This document shows positions 12,474 to 23,745 of a stretch of 45,313 bases of DNA, in pieces; the stretch's first letter is position 1, and every line of letters begins with the position of its first letter. The stretch comes from Octopus bimaculoides. Lineage: Eukaryota. A program made the position numbers and the translations under genes. The notes under the pieces are model-generated. The model saw only the letters and a list, made by a program, of their open reading frames with translations, made no database searches and was not told the DNA's origin. The stretch spans positions 94,513,831 to 94,559,143 of the forward strand of contig NC_068987.1 in assembly GCF_001194135.2 (NCBI RefSeq), read 5' to 3'.

Positions 12474-13053
12474 ATATAGGTGAGCACATATATGCAAAAC
12501 AAGGTGGAAAAAATAGGACTCGAATACCAACGGTAGAATAACATATACTTCCCGACGAACAGGAACATGAAAGCCTGAATAACAATCCGGTGATAATTTT
12601 GCGGCTTATATGTGTACACACACACACACACACACGCGTAATTTTATTTATTTATTGGTGTTCTTTTCACACTACATACGTCAAGATCACCAGCATTCTA
12701 TCTCCCACACACAGCCCCTCGTTCTTCGATCACCGTTTGTTATCTCCCCCTTTTCTTAGCTCTCCTGAAAAAAGAATTTCTATCTTCCGGTCAGCCATTA
12801 CTATGATTGACCGTTGACTGAACACTATTCNNNNNNNNNNNNNNNNNNNNNNNNNNNNNNNNNNNNNNNNNNNNNNNNNNNNNNNNNNNNNNNNNNNNNN
12901 NNNNNNNNNNNNNNNATACATACATACATATATACATATAATACACACACACACACACGATAGAAGTAAACAGACACCCTTATAATCATTAAAATTTATT
13001 TAAATCTGAAATTATACATTCAAATTATTTATCAATTATTATAACGTGAATAT

Positions 13054-14721
13054 TTAATATCTAGTAGACATGCGCTTTGCATTTTCCGATGCAAGGACCC
13101 TATTAGGCATGTCACTGATCAGATGACGAATATTCTCTTGCGGAATTTCTTGCCAAGTTTCATGCAGTAATCTCAAAAGATCTGGCTTTGAAGATGCTTT
13201 CAACTTCCTTTTCAGAAGTGTCATGTCCAGTGGCAGCTCATGTATAGGCACCGCGGAACTGCAGCTCCCCCTATTTCCACTCGATATTATCGATAACATT
13301 CAATATAATGAGTCCTTTTTTCTTGAATTCATTCTTTATACGTGCACATTATATAATCTTTAAGCTTAATGTCAGTAGCCACCCCTTAGTTTATAAAAAA
13401 AAATTACAAAAAATTCTTGTATAGAACTGTGTGCTTCACAGTTCCAGCGACGCGGTGTTGTTTGGCTGTTGTGCGCATGCTCATATGTCCGAGATAGGAA
13501 GCTTCACGCAAGGGAGAGATAGCACTGTGGTTCATGCAGTTCCGGCCCCGGCACCTTTTGACTCCGCGTGTATTGTGCTTAAAAACGTGTTTATATTTTT
13601 GAATGTGATAAAGTGTAGAATTAGATTATTATCCTGTTTCCAGCTTCAATGTTGCTGCCAAGATTTGAAAAATAAGGCACATTTCCTCCCTTATTTTGTG
13701 ATTTAGGGGGGATTTTTGAAAAACAAGGGGGAATTTGCGGCGGTGTTCAGTGAAAAAATTAAACACACTACCCGGCAAGTTTATGTAGAATTTTTCTTTC
13801 TATATGTTTGTTTCCTTTTACACAATATTAAAACAACGGCTAAACATTTTCTGAAGCAGAACCCCCAACAATTTTATCTACGAGCCACCACTGGTCCTGT
13901 CCATTATGTCCCAGAGGTGTTCAATAAGGTCTATATCTGGTGACCGGCTTGGCCACGGAAGCTTTTCAATGCCATTCTCATCCAACAAACCTTGGGTCAT
14001 TTTAACCTCATCTTTCATAAATAATGTGTCTTCTTTAATCAATTCACCACTGGAAGCGATTGGAAGGTGTCATTTCTGCAAAATGGACGCATATTTATCT
14101 GAGTTGTTTCCCTCACACTCCACCAGCTCTGATCAACCATTAATCCAAATTGTTCCTCCAGACCATCACAGAATAGATGCCGTGTTTCACTGTTGGCTGT
14201 AATCTTTTCACATCGGATTCTTGATCGCAGAATCTCCGGACTCACACTCGACCACTGTCAGGAAATACATCAAATCTGGACTCATCAGAGAATATTAGTG
14301 TCCCAAAATGCTACTGGCCTCTTCACCATCTCATTGGCCCAATCTTTTCTCCGTTTGATGTTGGCTGGTCGAAGTAGTGGCTTCCTTCTTGCTACTCTGC
14401 AATAGTAACTAAGTTTGTGGAGATACTTGACCGTTGTTCTGGGACTGGCATCAACTTGTTCTGTTATGTCAGAGGCCTTGTAACGAGGATTATCCTCCAC
14501 ACTTCTCTTAGCAAAGAGAAGGGTGCTGTCCGAGGGCCCTGGTTGATCTGGACGAGGTGATGTGGACTCCTTCCCATCTCTGGTGAATTGCACAACCACT
14601 CTATTAACTGTAGAAAGTGGGATCTCAAGGTTTTCTGAAATTTTACGCTGACTATACCCACCTTCAGAATACGGCCTCTTAGAAATTCAGACAGTTCCAA
14701 GGCTTCTTTTATACATGGCAT
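13054..14721 (-). pseudogene. Tc1 DD34E-type transposase pseudogene
   Basis: Motifs in order: [18 protein letters not shown]; [21 protein letters not shown]; IFSDESRF; RLQPTVKHG..SVMVW; FMKD; WPSRSPDIDLIEHLWDIMD; LLHETWQEIPQE..ISDMPNRV..STRY*. Several stops and frameshifts. D-to-E spacing is 29, which fits DD34E with a 5-codon deletion. Interrupted by a MITE. Confidence 0.88.
13228..13893. mobile_element. hAT-type MITE (666 bp) nested in the Tc1 transposase
   Basis: TIRs cagtggcagctcat / cagtggtggctcgt (11/14; all mismatches explicable as CpG transitions). 8-bp TSD gtcatgtc (13220-13227) / gtcctgtc (13894-13901). Excision restores the frame WDIMD(M/R)TLLKRKLK. Confidence 0.85.
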
Positions 14722-14858
14722 GATTAAACAGTAATATATAGAACTTGAAGCATAAAAAATGTCAATTAATAAAAAAAATATAAACCATTACAAGTTAGAT
14801 AAACATAAAACGACGTTTTATGGGGTGTCTATTTACTTCTGCCATGTGTGTATGTGTT

Positions 14859-14889
<31 letters not shown>

Positions 14890-14919
14890 TTATTACAGTG
14901 TTCTAAACTTCATATATAT

Positions 14920-15230
14920 GACCCCGGAACTTATCCTTTTTAAGCGTAGTACTTATCCTATACGTAGTACTTATCCCCTATACGGGGACGTAAATACACC
15001 AACATCGGCAGTGAAGCGATGGTGAGGGACAAATACAGACACACACACAAATATACACACGCGCATATATACGACAGGCTTCTTTCAGTTTCCGTCTCCT
15101 AAATCCGCTCACAAGGTTTTGGTCGTCCCGAGGCTATAGTAGAAGACTCTTGTCTAAGGTGCCTCGCAGTGGGACTGAACCCGTAACCATGTTGGGAAGC
15201 ATGCTTCTTACCATACAGCCGCGCTTCGCC
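14920..15230 (-). mobile_element. SINE family A lacking the terminal tail, with a small internal tandem duplication
   Basis: Colinear with 34910-35227. Head ggctgtatggtaagaagcatgcttccc...ggttcagtcccactgcgagg. cgtagtacttatcc(cc)tata is duplicated at 14945-14982. Confidence 0.85.
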
Positions 15231-15271
15231 TATATATATATATATACATATATATACACACGCACACACAT

Positions 15272-15307
<36 letters not shown>

Positions 15308-17904
15308 CACCATATAACGGTTAAAAATTGGTGTTATTCGAACTCGTCCGAATTACTGACGCTTGTTACTTGCCAGAATTTCAGTGAATCACTGATTGAC
15401 CTATTGGAATTCTGTAATCAATGACTATTGTCGACAAATAGCGACATAAAAGAAAGGAAGTCTTGTCCTTCAGTGTGTGGTTAAACAGTAATTTTACAAA
15501 GTAACTTCTTTACACACGCGCGCACACACACACACATAGTATTCGAAAAATAATTTTCTCCACGTGGCAAATTGTAGTGATTATATATACATATGTATAT
15601 ACATATATATATAAGCATATCTACATACATACATACATANNNNNNNNNNNNNNNNNNNNNNNNNNNNNNNNNNNNNNNNNNNNNNNNNNNNNNNNNNNNN
15701 NNNNNNNNNNNNNNNNNNNNNNNNNNNNNNNNNNNNNNNNNNNNNNNNNNNNNNNNNNNNNNNNNNNNNNNNNNNNNNNNNNNNNNNNNNNNNNNNNNNN
15801 NNNNNNNNNNNNNNNNNNNNNNNNNNNNNNNNNNNNNNNNNNNNNNNNNNNNNNNNNNNNNNNNNNNNNNNNNNNNNNNNNNNNNNNNNNNNNNNNNNNN
15901 NNNNNNNNNNNNNNNNNNNNNNNNNNNNNNNNNNNNNNNNNNNNNNNNNNNNNNNNNNNNNNNNNNNNNNNNNNNNNNNNNNNNNNNNNNNNNNNNNNNN
16001 NNNNNNNNNNNNNNNNNNNNNNNNNNNNNNNNNNNNNNNNNNNNNNNNNNNNNNNNNNNNNNNNNNNNNNNNNNNNNNNNNNNNNNNNNNNNNNNNNNNN
16101 NNNNNNNNNNNNNNNNNNNNNNNNNNNNNNNNNNNNNNNNNNNNNNNNNNNNNNNNNNNNNNNNNNNNNNNNNNNNNNNNNNNNNNNNNNNNNNNNNNNN
16201 NNNNNNNNNNNNNNNNNNNNNNNNNNNNNNNNNNNNNNNNNNNNNNNNNNNNNNNNNNNNNNNNNNNNNNNNNNNNNNNNNNNNNNNNNNNNNNNNNNNN
16301 NNNNNNNNNNNNNNNNNNNNNNNNNNNNNNNNNNNNNNNNTGTGTGTGTGTGTGTAACTGGGCAATATTGCAGAATAATTCCAGTGTAACCTTTAAATCA
16401 AGAAAACTAGTTAAAATGCTCGAAGCTAATGTGAGCGCCTCTATTTGGTCTCTCGACCTACGAGAACCAGTAGCTGAATTCTCTCGGATCAAATCTTATT
16501 GCCTCATGAAATGAAACGTTGGCTTATGTGATTCTAGATTCCCAGCTCATGGGAAAATATCGGGTGATCACGGTTGGAATGTTTTTGATAAAAAGTTTGC
16601 TCAACAGAGCTGACCTAAGGATAAGCAACAATTACAACAGCAAAAGAAATAATCGGCGCCGATAACAGATGAGTGGAGATCTTTTTCTACCGCTTTTACA
16701 TTAGCAATGAAACTATTAAAATATATGGGAAACTGAAATTAGCGATAAAAGAGGTAGGTGAAAGGGGAGGAGGTAACACCTGAACCAAATCACTTCGACA
16801 TAAAATCAATACATGGATTATAAATCTCACTTTTGTTTTAATTAAGAAGATTGAAATGTCAATAGATATTACCAGTCTTAAATTTAAATACAATAAGTCC
16901 ATTGACATACAGAATTGATTGACAAACACATGCACATGCAGACAAAGAGACAGACAGACGGACGAACAGAAAATCTATATGTCACCATATTCCTTGTGTG
17001 GACATGACAACTGGCATTGATTGATTTATAGAAACGGGAAGTTAAATCGATTGCTTACTGACAGATTCATATAACCACCGCTACCACAATTATCAGCTCT
17101 GTTACACATACGTAACCCTCTCTATCACACACGCGCACACCGTTTTTAGACACCTGAATATCATAACACCGATTTGTAGTTGTGCGTGTATGTTTGTACG
17201 TGTATATGCTATTCGTACGTTAATCATGCACGCTTGCTTATGCTTACTCACGCTCTTAATTTCTACTTACATTTACGGATAACACGTGACCAGTCTTTGT
17301 TTATGATTTCATCCATAAGGCAATCTGAGTCAGGTCAAAATAACATTTCAGAACAAGTTTTGAGTTCTAGAAGATGAAGGTCACCGCATTCTCTAGCATT
17401 TCACCTTCATATATAATGAGTGAGAGTATAAAAAGTACAGTCTTTGATTCTTTTTTTTTTTTTTTTTTGTATTTATCTATGGATCGATTGAGCGTAGCTT
17501 TTTTTCACCGCTTACACACAACCCTTCAGCTCGCTAATCTCATGTCGAATATTGTGCTTTTGTTTGACGAATAAAGCCTTTCTTTTTACTCATATTTTTG
17601 TTGCTGTTGTTTTGTGCGCGTTGGCTTTTTCTTTCCAAGAAATAATTTCTGTTATTGTGATAAGCAGTCGAGAAAGAATGAAATAGAAAGCGAATGCATA
17701 TTTTATATGCATGCATTTGCAAGGGACGCTATATATACGCACACACATACATACATTACCCGTGTGCTTTTACGTGTAATTTGTATGCATTGCAAGTACA
17801 AACAAACGATGTATCAAATTTGCGTGTACATTTGTATGCGTGCGTTTGTTTACTCGGTTTAAAAAGTGGAGACGTTCGTATCGAGTTCATGGGAAGGAAT
17901 TGAT

Positions 17905-18012
17905 GAGATAAGCAGCAGGCTGAAATAAATACTGGTATCGATATGATCAATTAACACACTTGAACGTGGTGCCCCAGCGTGATGGAAGCTCAATGACTGA
18001 AACCAGTCAGAG
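17905..18012 (+). mobile_element. Decayed 3' part of SINE family A
   Basis: aaataaatactggtatcgatatgatc...gtggtgccccagcg...caatgactgaaaccagt resembles the tail of 26378-26740. Confidence 0.45.
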
Positions 18013-18199
18013 AACATATATTGTTGGAGTGTCATTAATTTATCTGTTGTTATGCACTTATAAGAATTATTCTTCCAGGTGAGAAAATTAGTTGCACTCT
18101 CATCTCCAGACTCTTTCTCTCTCTCTCTCATATATATATATGAGTAAAAATAAATACAAAAAAAAGGGGTTTTGTATGATTGTGTATAGAGGAATATAC

Positions 18200-18481
18200 T
18201 ATTTTGTTTAAAAGAGTTCCAACTCTGTTTGTTTTTTATGTTTTATTTATATTCTTGTAAAATTAATGTGGGATATGGAATATACAATATATAATATAAA
18301 AATGGATGGTACAATGAAATAAAGTATTGAATGTCTTATTGAATATATGGAATATGTCTTATTGAATATATGGAATATATCTTATTGAATAGATGAAATA
18401 TTGAGTGTTCAATATAAAGGATTAAATATATAAAGGCGAATACGTATTTTCTATACCTTGTGGTATTTCATCATGGCCGGT
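18200..18481. repeat. Direct repeat copy 1 (~280 bp) with three 23-nt internal units and a hammerhead-like end
   Basis: High similarity to 19981-20258 from tattttgtttaaaagagttccaac to tttcatcatggccggt. Confidence 0.9.
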
Positions 18482-19980
18482 ATGACAGACTATATATATA
18501 TATATGAGAGAGAGAGAAAGAGAGAGAGAGAGAAAGAGATTTGAACTGGAAACAACAGTTGGTGGGATTATTACAGTAAACATGGCCAACTGTGTTGGGA
18601 ATAATTTCAGAAGCAAAACCATGACCACTTTACATATAATTCACTCCCGCTTAAATAAATAGTCGATCGTTTGTGTTTGACAGATCTGTATCGCAGACTC
18701 ATTCATCAGCAAGAACGTAGTTTGGGCTCGTGCAAACGAATTTTGAATCTCTTCATCCACTCGCAGACAGTTTCCTTACTGTTGACGAAAACCTTCGATG
18801 AATTTCACTTTCTTGTGCTCCGTGTATGTATGTACTATAAGTCGAGTGTGCCTAGAACTCCCACTGCCCACACTGAATACTCCTTGAGATTATTAAGATA
18901 GACCTATTGGTATGTGATGTGACAATGTTCTTTTGAGGTTGATTAACTTAAAAGGCAGCTAGAAATTACTAATAAATGCACCGAAAAATGCCATCGACAC
19001 ACTGACAACAACTTAGTAAGTCGAGTACGACAGATGGATACAGAACTACTTACCTACGCATCTATCAGTCCTTCTTTTCCTGTCTCTTTTGAAGCTTTAC
19101 TATTATTTATTACATGTCGGTTTAAAAAGGGGGTAGGTGGAACGCATTTGGTAAAGGAACTGAAAAAAAAAAAAAAAAAAAATTCTAAATCACATCCCAA
19201 ATGCTGCAATAACAGCAGGGGAATGTACTAGCAATGGGGCTCATGAAATCATTTTTGAGTTGTGTGCAAAATAAACACAATTTAACAGTGAACACCATTA
19301 GAATTTTTTTTTTTATATCTCTTATTCATTCTAATACACTGTTTATTTAAAACATTTTTGTAACAGATACATGTTTCGACTCTACGGGGAAACTTGACAC
19401 TTATTTCCTATATATATATATATATATATATATATNNNNNNNNNNNNNNNNNNNNNNNNNNNNNNNNNNNNNNNNNNNNNNNNNNNNNNNNNNNNNNNNN
19501 NNNNNNNNNNNNNNNNNNNNNNNNNNNNNNNNNNNNNNNNNNNNNNNNNNNNNNNNNNNNNNNNNNNNNNNNNNNNNNNNNNNNNNNNNNNNNNNNNNNN
19601 NNNNNNNNNNNNNNNNNNNNNNNNNNNNNNNNNNNNNNNNNNNNNNNNNNNNNNNNNNNNNNNNNNNNNNNNNNNNNNNNNNNNNNNNNNNNNNNNNNNN
19701 NNNNNNNNNNNNNNNNNNNNNNNNNNNNNNNNNNNNNNNNNNNNNNNNNNNNNNNNNNNNNNNNNNNNNNNNNNNNNNNNNNNNNNNNNNNNNNNNNNNN
19801 NNNNNNNNNNNNNNNNNNNNNNNNNNNNNNNNNNNNNNNNNNNNNNNNNNNNNNNNNNNNNNNNNNNNNNNNNNNNNNNNNNNNNNNNNNNNNNNNNNNN
19901 NNNNNNNNNNNNNNNNNNNNNNNNNNNNNNNNNNNNNNNNNNNNNNNNNNNNNNNNNNNNNNNNNNNNNNNNNTATATAT

Positions 19981-20258
19981 TATTTTGTTTAAAAGAGTTC
20001 CAACACTGTCTGTGTTTTATGTTTTATTTATATTCCTGCAAAACCAATGTGGGATATAGAATATGGAATATACAATATATAATATAAAATAAAAATGGGT
20101 GGTACTATGAAATAAAGTATTGAATGTCTTATTGAATATATGGAATGTGTCTTATTGAATAGATGAAATATTGAGTGTTCAATATAAAGGATTAAATATA
20201 TAAATATATAAAGGCATTTCATATTTTCTATACCTTGTGGTATTTCATCATGGCCGGT
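19981..20258. repeat. Direct repeat copy 2 (~280 bp) with two 23-nt internal units
   Basis: Same orientation as 18200-18481. Begins just after an N-gap. Confidence 0.9.
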
Positions 20259-22296
20259 TTAATTAATGTTTTAATTATATCATTAATGCTATCCTCGCCA
20301 GTCAACAATGAATTCTCTATGGTTGTTGATCGATAAGACAATAAAAAATTAAGTTTCATTTTCTATCATTTATCGTTACTGAAATTTATTGAGTATTTTG
20401 TTAGTTTTCTCTGAACATACAACGGATTTTCTTCACTAATCGTCACTTGCTTACGGTTAACTCTGTAACTGCATCGGAGAAATTCCAAAACATTGATTAA
20501 TGCCGTTTCTGAAATCATGTATAACTGAAAACTTCTTAATAAGTGGGAGCTTTGTCACTTTCAGAAAGGGTCTTCTACCACAATCTTTAGTTGTGTGAAA
20601 TTTGATTGACGGAAACTGCACAGAAGCCCGAAAGAAAAGAAAAAATTCACATAAGCATCATTACCTACCAACTTAACAGGAAGAAAGACATCGATGGTTT
20701 TCCATCATGTAACTACTTAGCGCTGGTGTTCCGTTAAGATTTACCAAAACGACTTGGCTGGTCTATTTCGAGGTGAGATTCTCAGATTCGTAAAGGCGTG
20801 GGATTACCACTAGCTACAGACGAGTAGAGCATCCGATCGAAATGCGTGGCAATTGTCCAACTAGAGAGAATTAGAGAGAGAGAAGCACCCTGAAAGGAAT
20901 TAGCGATTGTGACACATACACTTACGTATATAGTTAGATTTATAGATAAGATACATAGTTAACTATGTGATTGGTGGCTGGGGTATAGACATTAGTAAGA
21001 AAATCGAGAACATAGGATTAGAAAGATATCTATCTTTCTAACACTTGGGATTAGCTATAGACACGATTGCTATTTTTTTTTTTAATGTCTCACAGAACAG
21101 GATCCTATCCCAGTGTTGTTAATAATGCCAGCAGATGTCACCTGTACAACTTAGTTGTAGAAGTGTGAAGATGACAAGGTAGGATAGATTTCCGACTACC
21201 TCTTCATAAATCATGAATTCGCCGCAGGTATCTTTCAGTTTCTACCTTGCCCAAGTTCAGCTGATTACAGCTACCAGATCACCTGTCACACATCCAGGAG
21301 AAGATTCATCACTCATCCCACTCAATACCATTAAATCATATCCAAACACCAGTCCCTAATAACTATTTCGGGGTTCTCACGTCTTTCGGTTATCCCTCCC
21401 AGCTAAGCGAACTGAAGCTTCTGGGTCGTTTCTCCTCGTCTCTACAACACCAGTTTATGTTATTATATTACTGCTGTGCAATTGTTCTACTACTATCGAA
21501 ACAAACAGTAATTTTCAATTACTTGTATCTATAAAACAGCCTACACTACGAGAAAAATTGATTTCGTTTGTCTGGGCAAACGCCCAATCATATACCCACC
21601 CCTTTACAGCAGCAAGGTATATAGTTGACTGAATCGATCCGCTGTATTACTGGTAATTATTTTATCGACTAGTAAGTAACAATTAAATAGGAAGTCAAAT
21701 CTGGCATCTCTTACGATCTATTCCACTAGTAAAATGTTTTCCTCCAAATCGGTCAATACCAAAGTTGTGATTTAGTTTCTTGTACCAAATTGTAATGTGC
21801 AAGCTTTCCGAACCATTTACTCTTTAGTAGTAAATTATTATGTAGAACCGTTAGATTTTCTCAATCGTTAGTTGCCATTTCCAAAGCTCATTATTTCACA
21901 AAATACGTTTTTCTTCCCCACATCTTCTCTGTATTCAGTTTCAAATTGTTAATTTATTCTCCATTAGCAAACAAACTGTTGGCTTCAACCGCTTGTTATT
22001 TTGCTTCTCGGTTCCAAACTGTTATTTACAATCGTTATTTCTTCCATTAATCTTATTATTTCCAATCCTGTTCTTTCAGTTTGGTTTCCAAAATCTTCGT
22101 GTCTAGTAAATGTGTCTGGATATTTCCTTTTACCATTCCGAAAGTTGAATTGAACAAAATTCTTTAAATAGCACACACATATTTTCAGTAGAAGTTGGCA
22201 TCTAGATTCTGGACAACAAACACTTATCTCCTTCAAGAATAATTATCGTAATCTAGATCAGGGAGAGTTACTTAGTTGAGACTTAGTGGCAATAGT

Positions 22297-22297
22297 T

Positions 22298-22335
<38 letters not shown>
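22297..22335. repeat. (GTA)n microsatellite
   Basis: Direct reading. Confidence 0.95.
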
Positions 22336-22336
<1 letters not shown>

Positions 22337-22610
22337 TAATGGTGATGGAGAGTTGCGAGTTGGTAACAGAGAAGAAGTATTTCTAGAAACTCCCTCTTGA
22401 GCTTGAGTCCTTTCAACATCTTCATCCTTCGTAACCTTTTATCATGCGCACTTGCGCGCGCACACACACGTTAATACATACACGTGTCTTCATAACTGTT
22501 ATTCACGCTTTCTTATTGTAGTCCTTTTAATCCCTTTGATCTTTTGTTTATGAGCATCTCTCAGCCTTATCCACATCTATCCTTCTTTCTTCCATACCTT
22601 CTTCCTGACT

Positions 22611-22641
<31 letters not shown>

Positions 22642-23505
22642 TCCTTTCTTTTGCCTGTTTTTGTTGCGTTCTTTGAAATATATGCGGTGATTTGAAATGT
22701 TTTCTTCCCCCAATAAATAAATAAATAAATAAATAAATGAAGCTCCTACTTATATTTTTATTCTCTCTTCACTACACCCACTCTCTTATTCTTTCTTCCA
22801 AATACAGTTCTCTGTTTCAGCTACATGTCTTCTCTATTTATCTCAATTTTTTCTACTTATCTTTTTCTTTCATCTTTCTTTCTCTATTTTCATATATACT
22901 ACATTTCATGCTCTCTCCCTCCCTCCCTCTCACTCTCTCACATTAACTCGACTACATCACTCCCACTTCCTCTTTCAGTACTTACTACTATCCCACCACG
23001 ACATAAAATCAGACTCATCCCTAACTCTATTTACCACCACCAGCTCTTTCTGTTTGAGAAGAAAACTCTTATTACCGTTCATCTGTTCGCCACCTTTTGC
23101 CCGCCTCCCCGTCCATTTCACCCCTCCCCCCTATCCCTTCTCACGCAAGAGCTTTCTGAAGTGAGTTATGTCTGTTAGGGCGTGTTGCATGGATAGTGGT
23201 GATAGAAGCTGTGGTGGCTCGAGAATTACAAGTACTGGATCTGTGTGTGCGTGTGTGGAAGGTGGTGGTTGTTTAGTAGCACAGTAGGGCGTTCCTTGGA
23301 TTTCGATTCGTCGACAAGTCGTTTTTATTATTTTCATTTTGTTTTAGTATTTCTTTTTTAAAAATATATTTTATTTATTTATTTTAGTTGCTATACTATA
23401 GATAGACGAAGTTTTTCTTTTAATGTCTAATGTCTGCTGTTATTGATGGTGTTACTGACACTTTTTACTCATCATAATTGCCAGCACCACAACCACCGCC
23501 ATCTT

Positions 23506-23745
23506 CAGTGCCGGATTAACCTAGTTGTGAATGTAGCATGAGCTGAAAGAACCCGTATTTTCAAGCGTCCCTTAGTAGATGTACAACTATTATACATAAA
23601 CTGCACACTTCATCTACTGTAGTATATACTACTGCCGCCAATGATTGGGTGTTTAAGATTCTCTTTAGTACTCAGAATATTTCTGTGATCCAATATATTC
23701 TAAACGCTTGCAAGCTATTAATTCCGATTCCTTAATCCGGCACAT
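23506..23745. mobile_element. Putative hAT-type MITE (~240 bp)
   Basis: Perfect 12-bp inverted repeat gtgccggattaa (23508-23519) / ttaatccggcac (23732-23743). The left end starts CAGTGCCGG. No convincing TSD. Confidence 0.5.

Larger units (their letters stand above)
12953..14850 (-). mobile_element. Full-length, inactive Tc1 (Tc1/mariner) DNA transposon
   Basis: TIR core agaagtaaa(c/t)agacaccc at 12962-12979 and inverted at 14823-14840 (17/18). The right end is followed by TA (14851-14852). About 1.2 kb remains after removing the nested MITE. Transposase motifs lie inside. Confidence 0.9.

Noticed and set aside
18690-18800. Minus-strand LRVDEEIQNSFARAQTTF, similar to RTE 'IDDEI..RIAKAS..F'
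   Set aside because: Too short and diverged to call, though an old RTE remnant is plausible.
19360-19400. Second hammerhead-like half site (minus strand GAAACATGTA with palindromic ACATGT) between the direct repeats
   Set aside because: No CUGANGA core and no matching helix I; at most a heavily decayed remnant.
21700-22250. A-rich minus-strand region resembling decayed LINE ORF2
   Set aside because: No diagnostic motif recovered in any frame.
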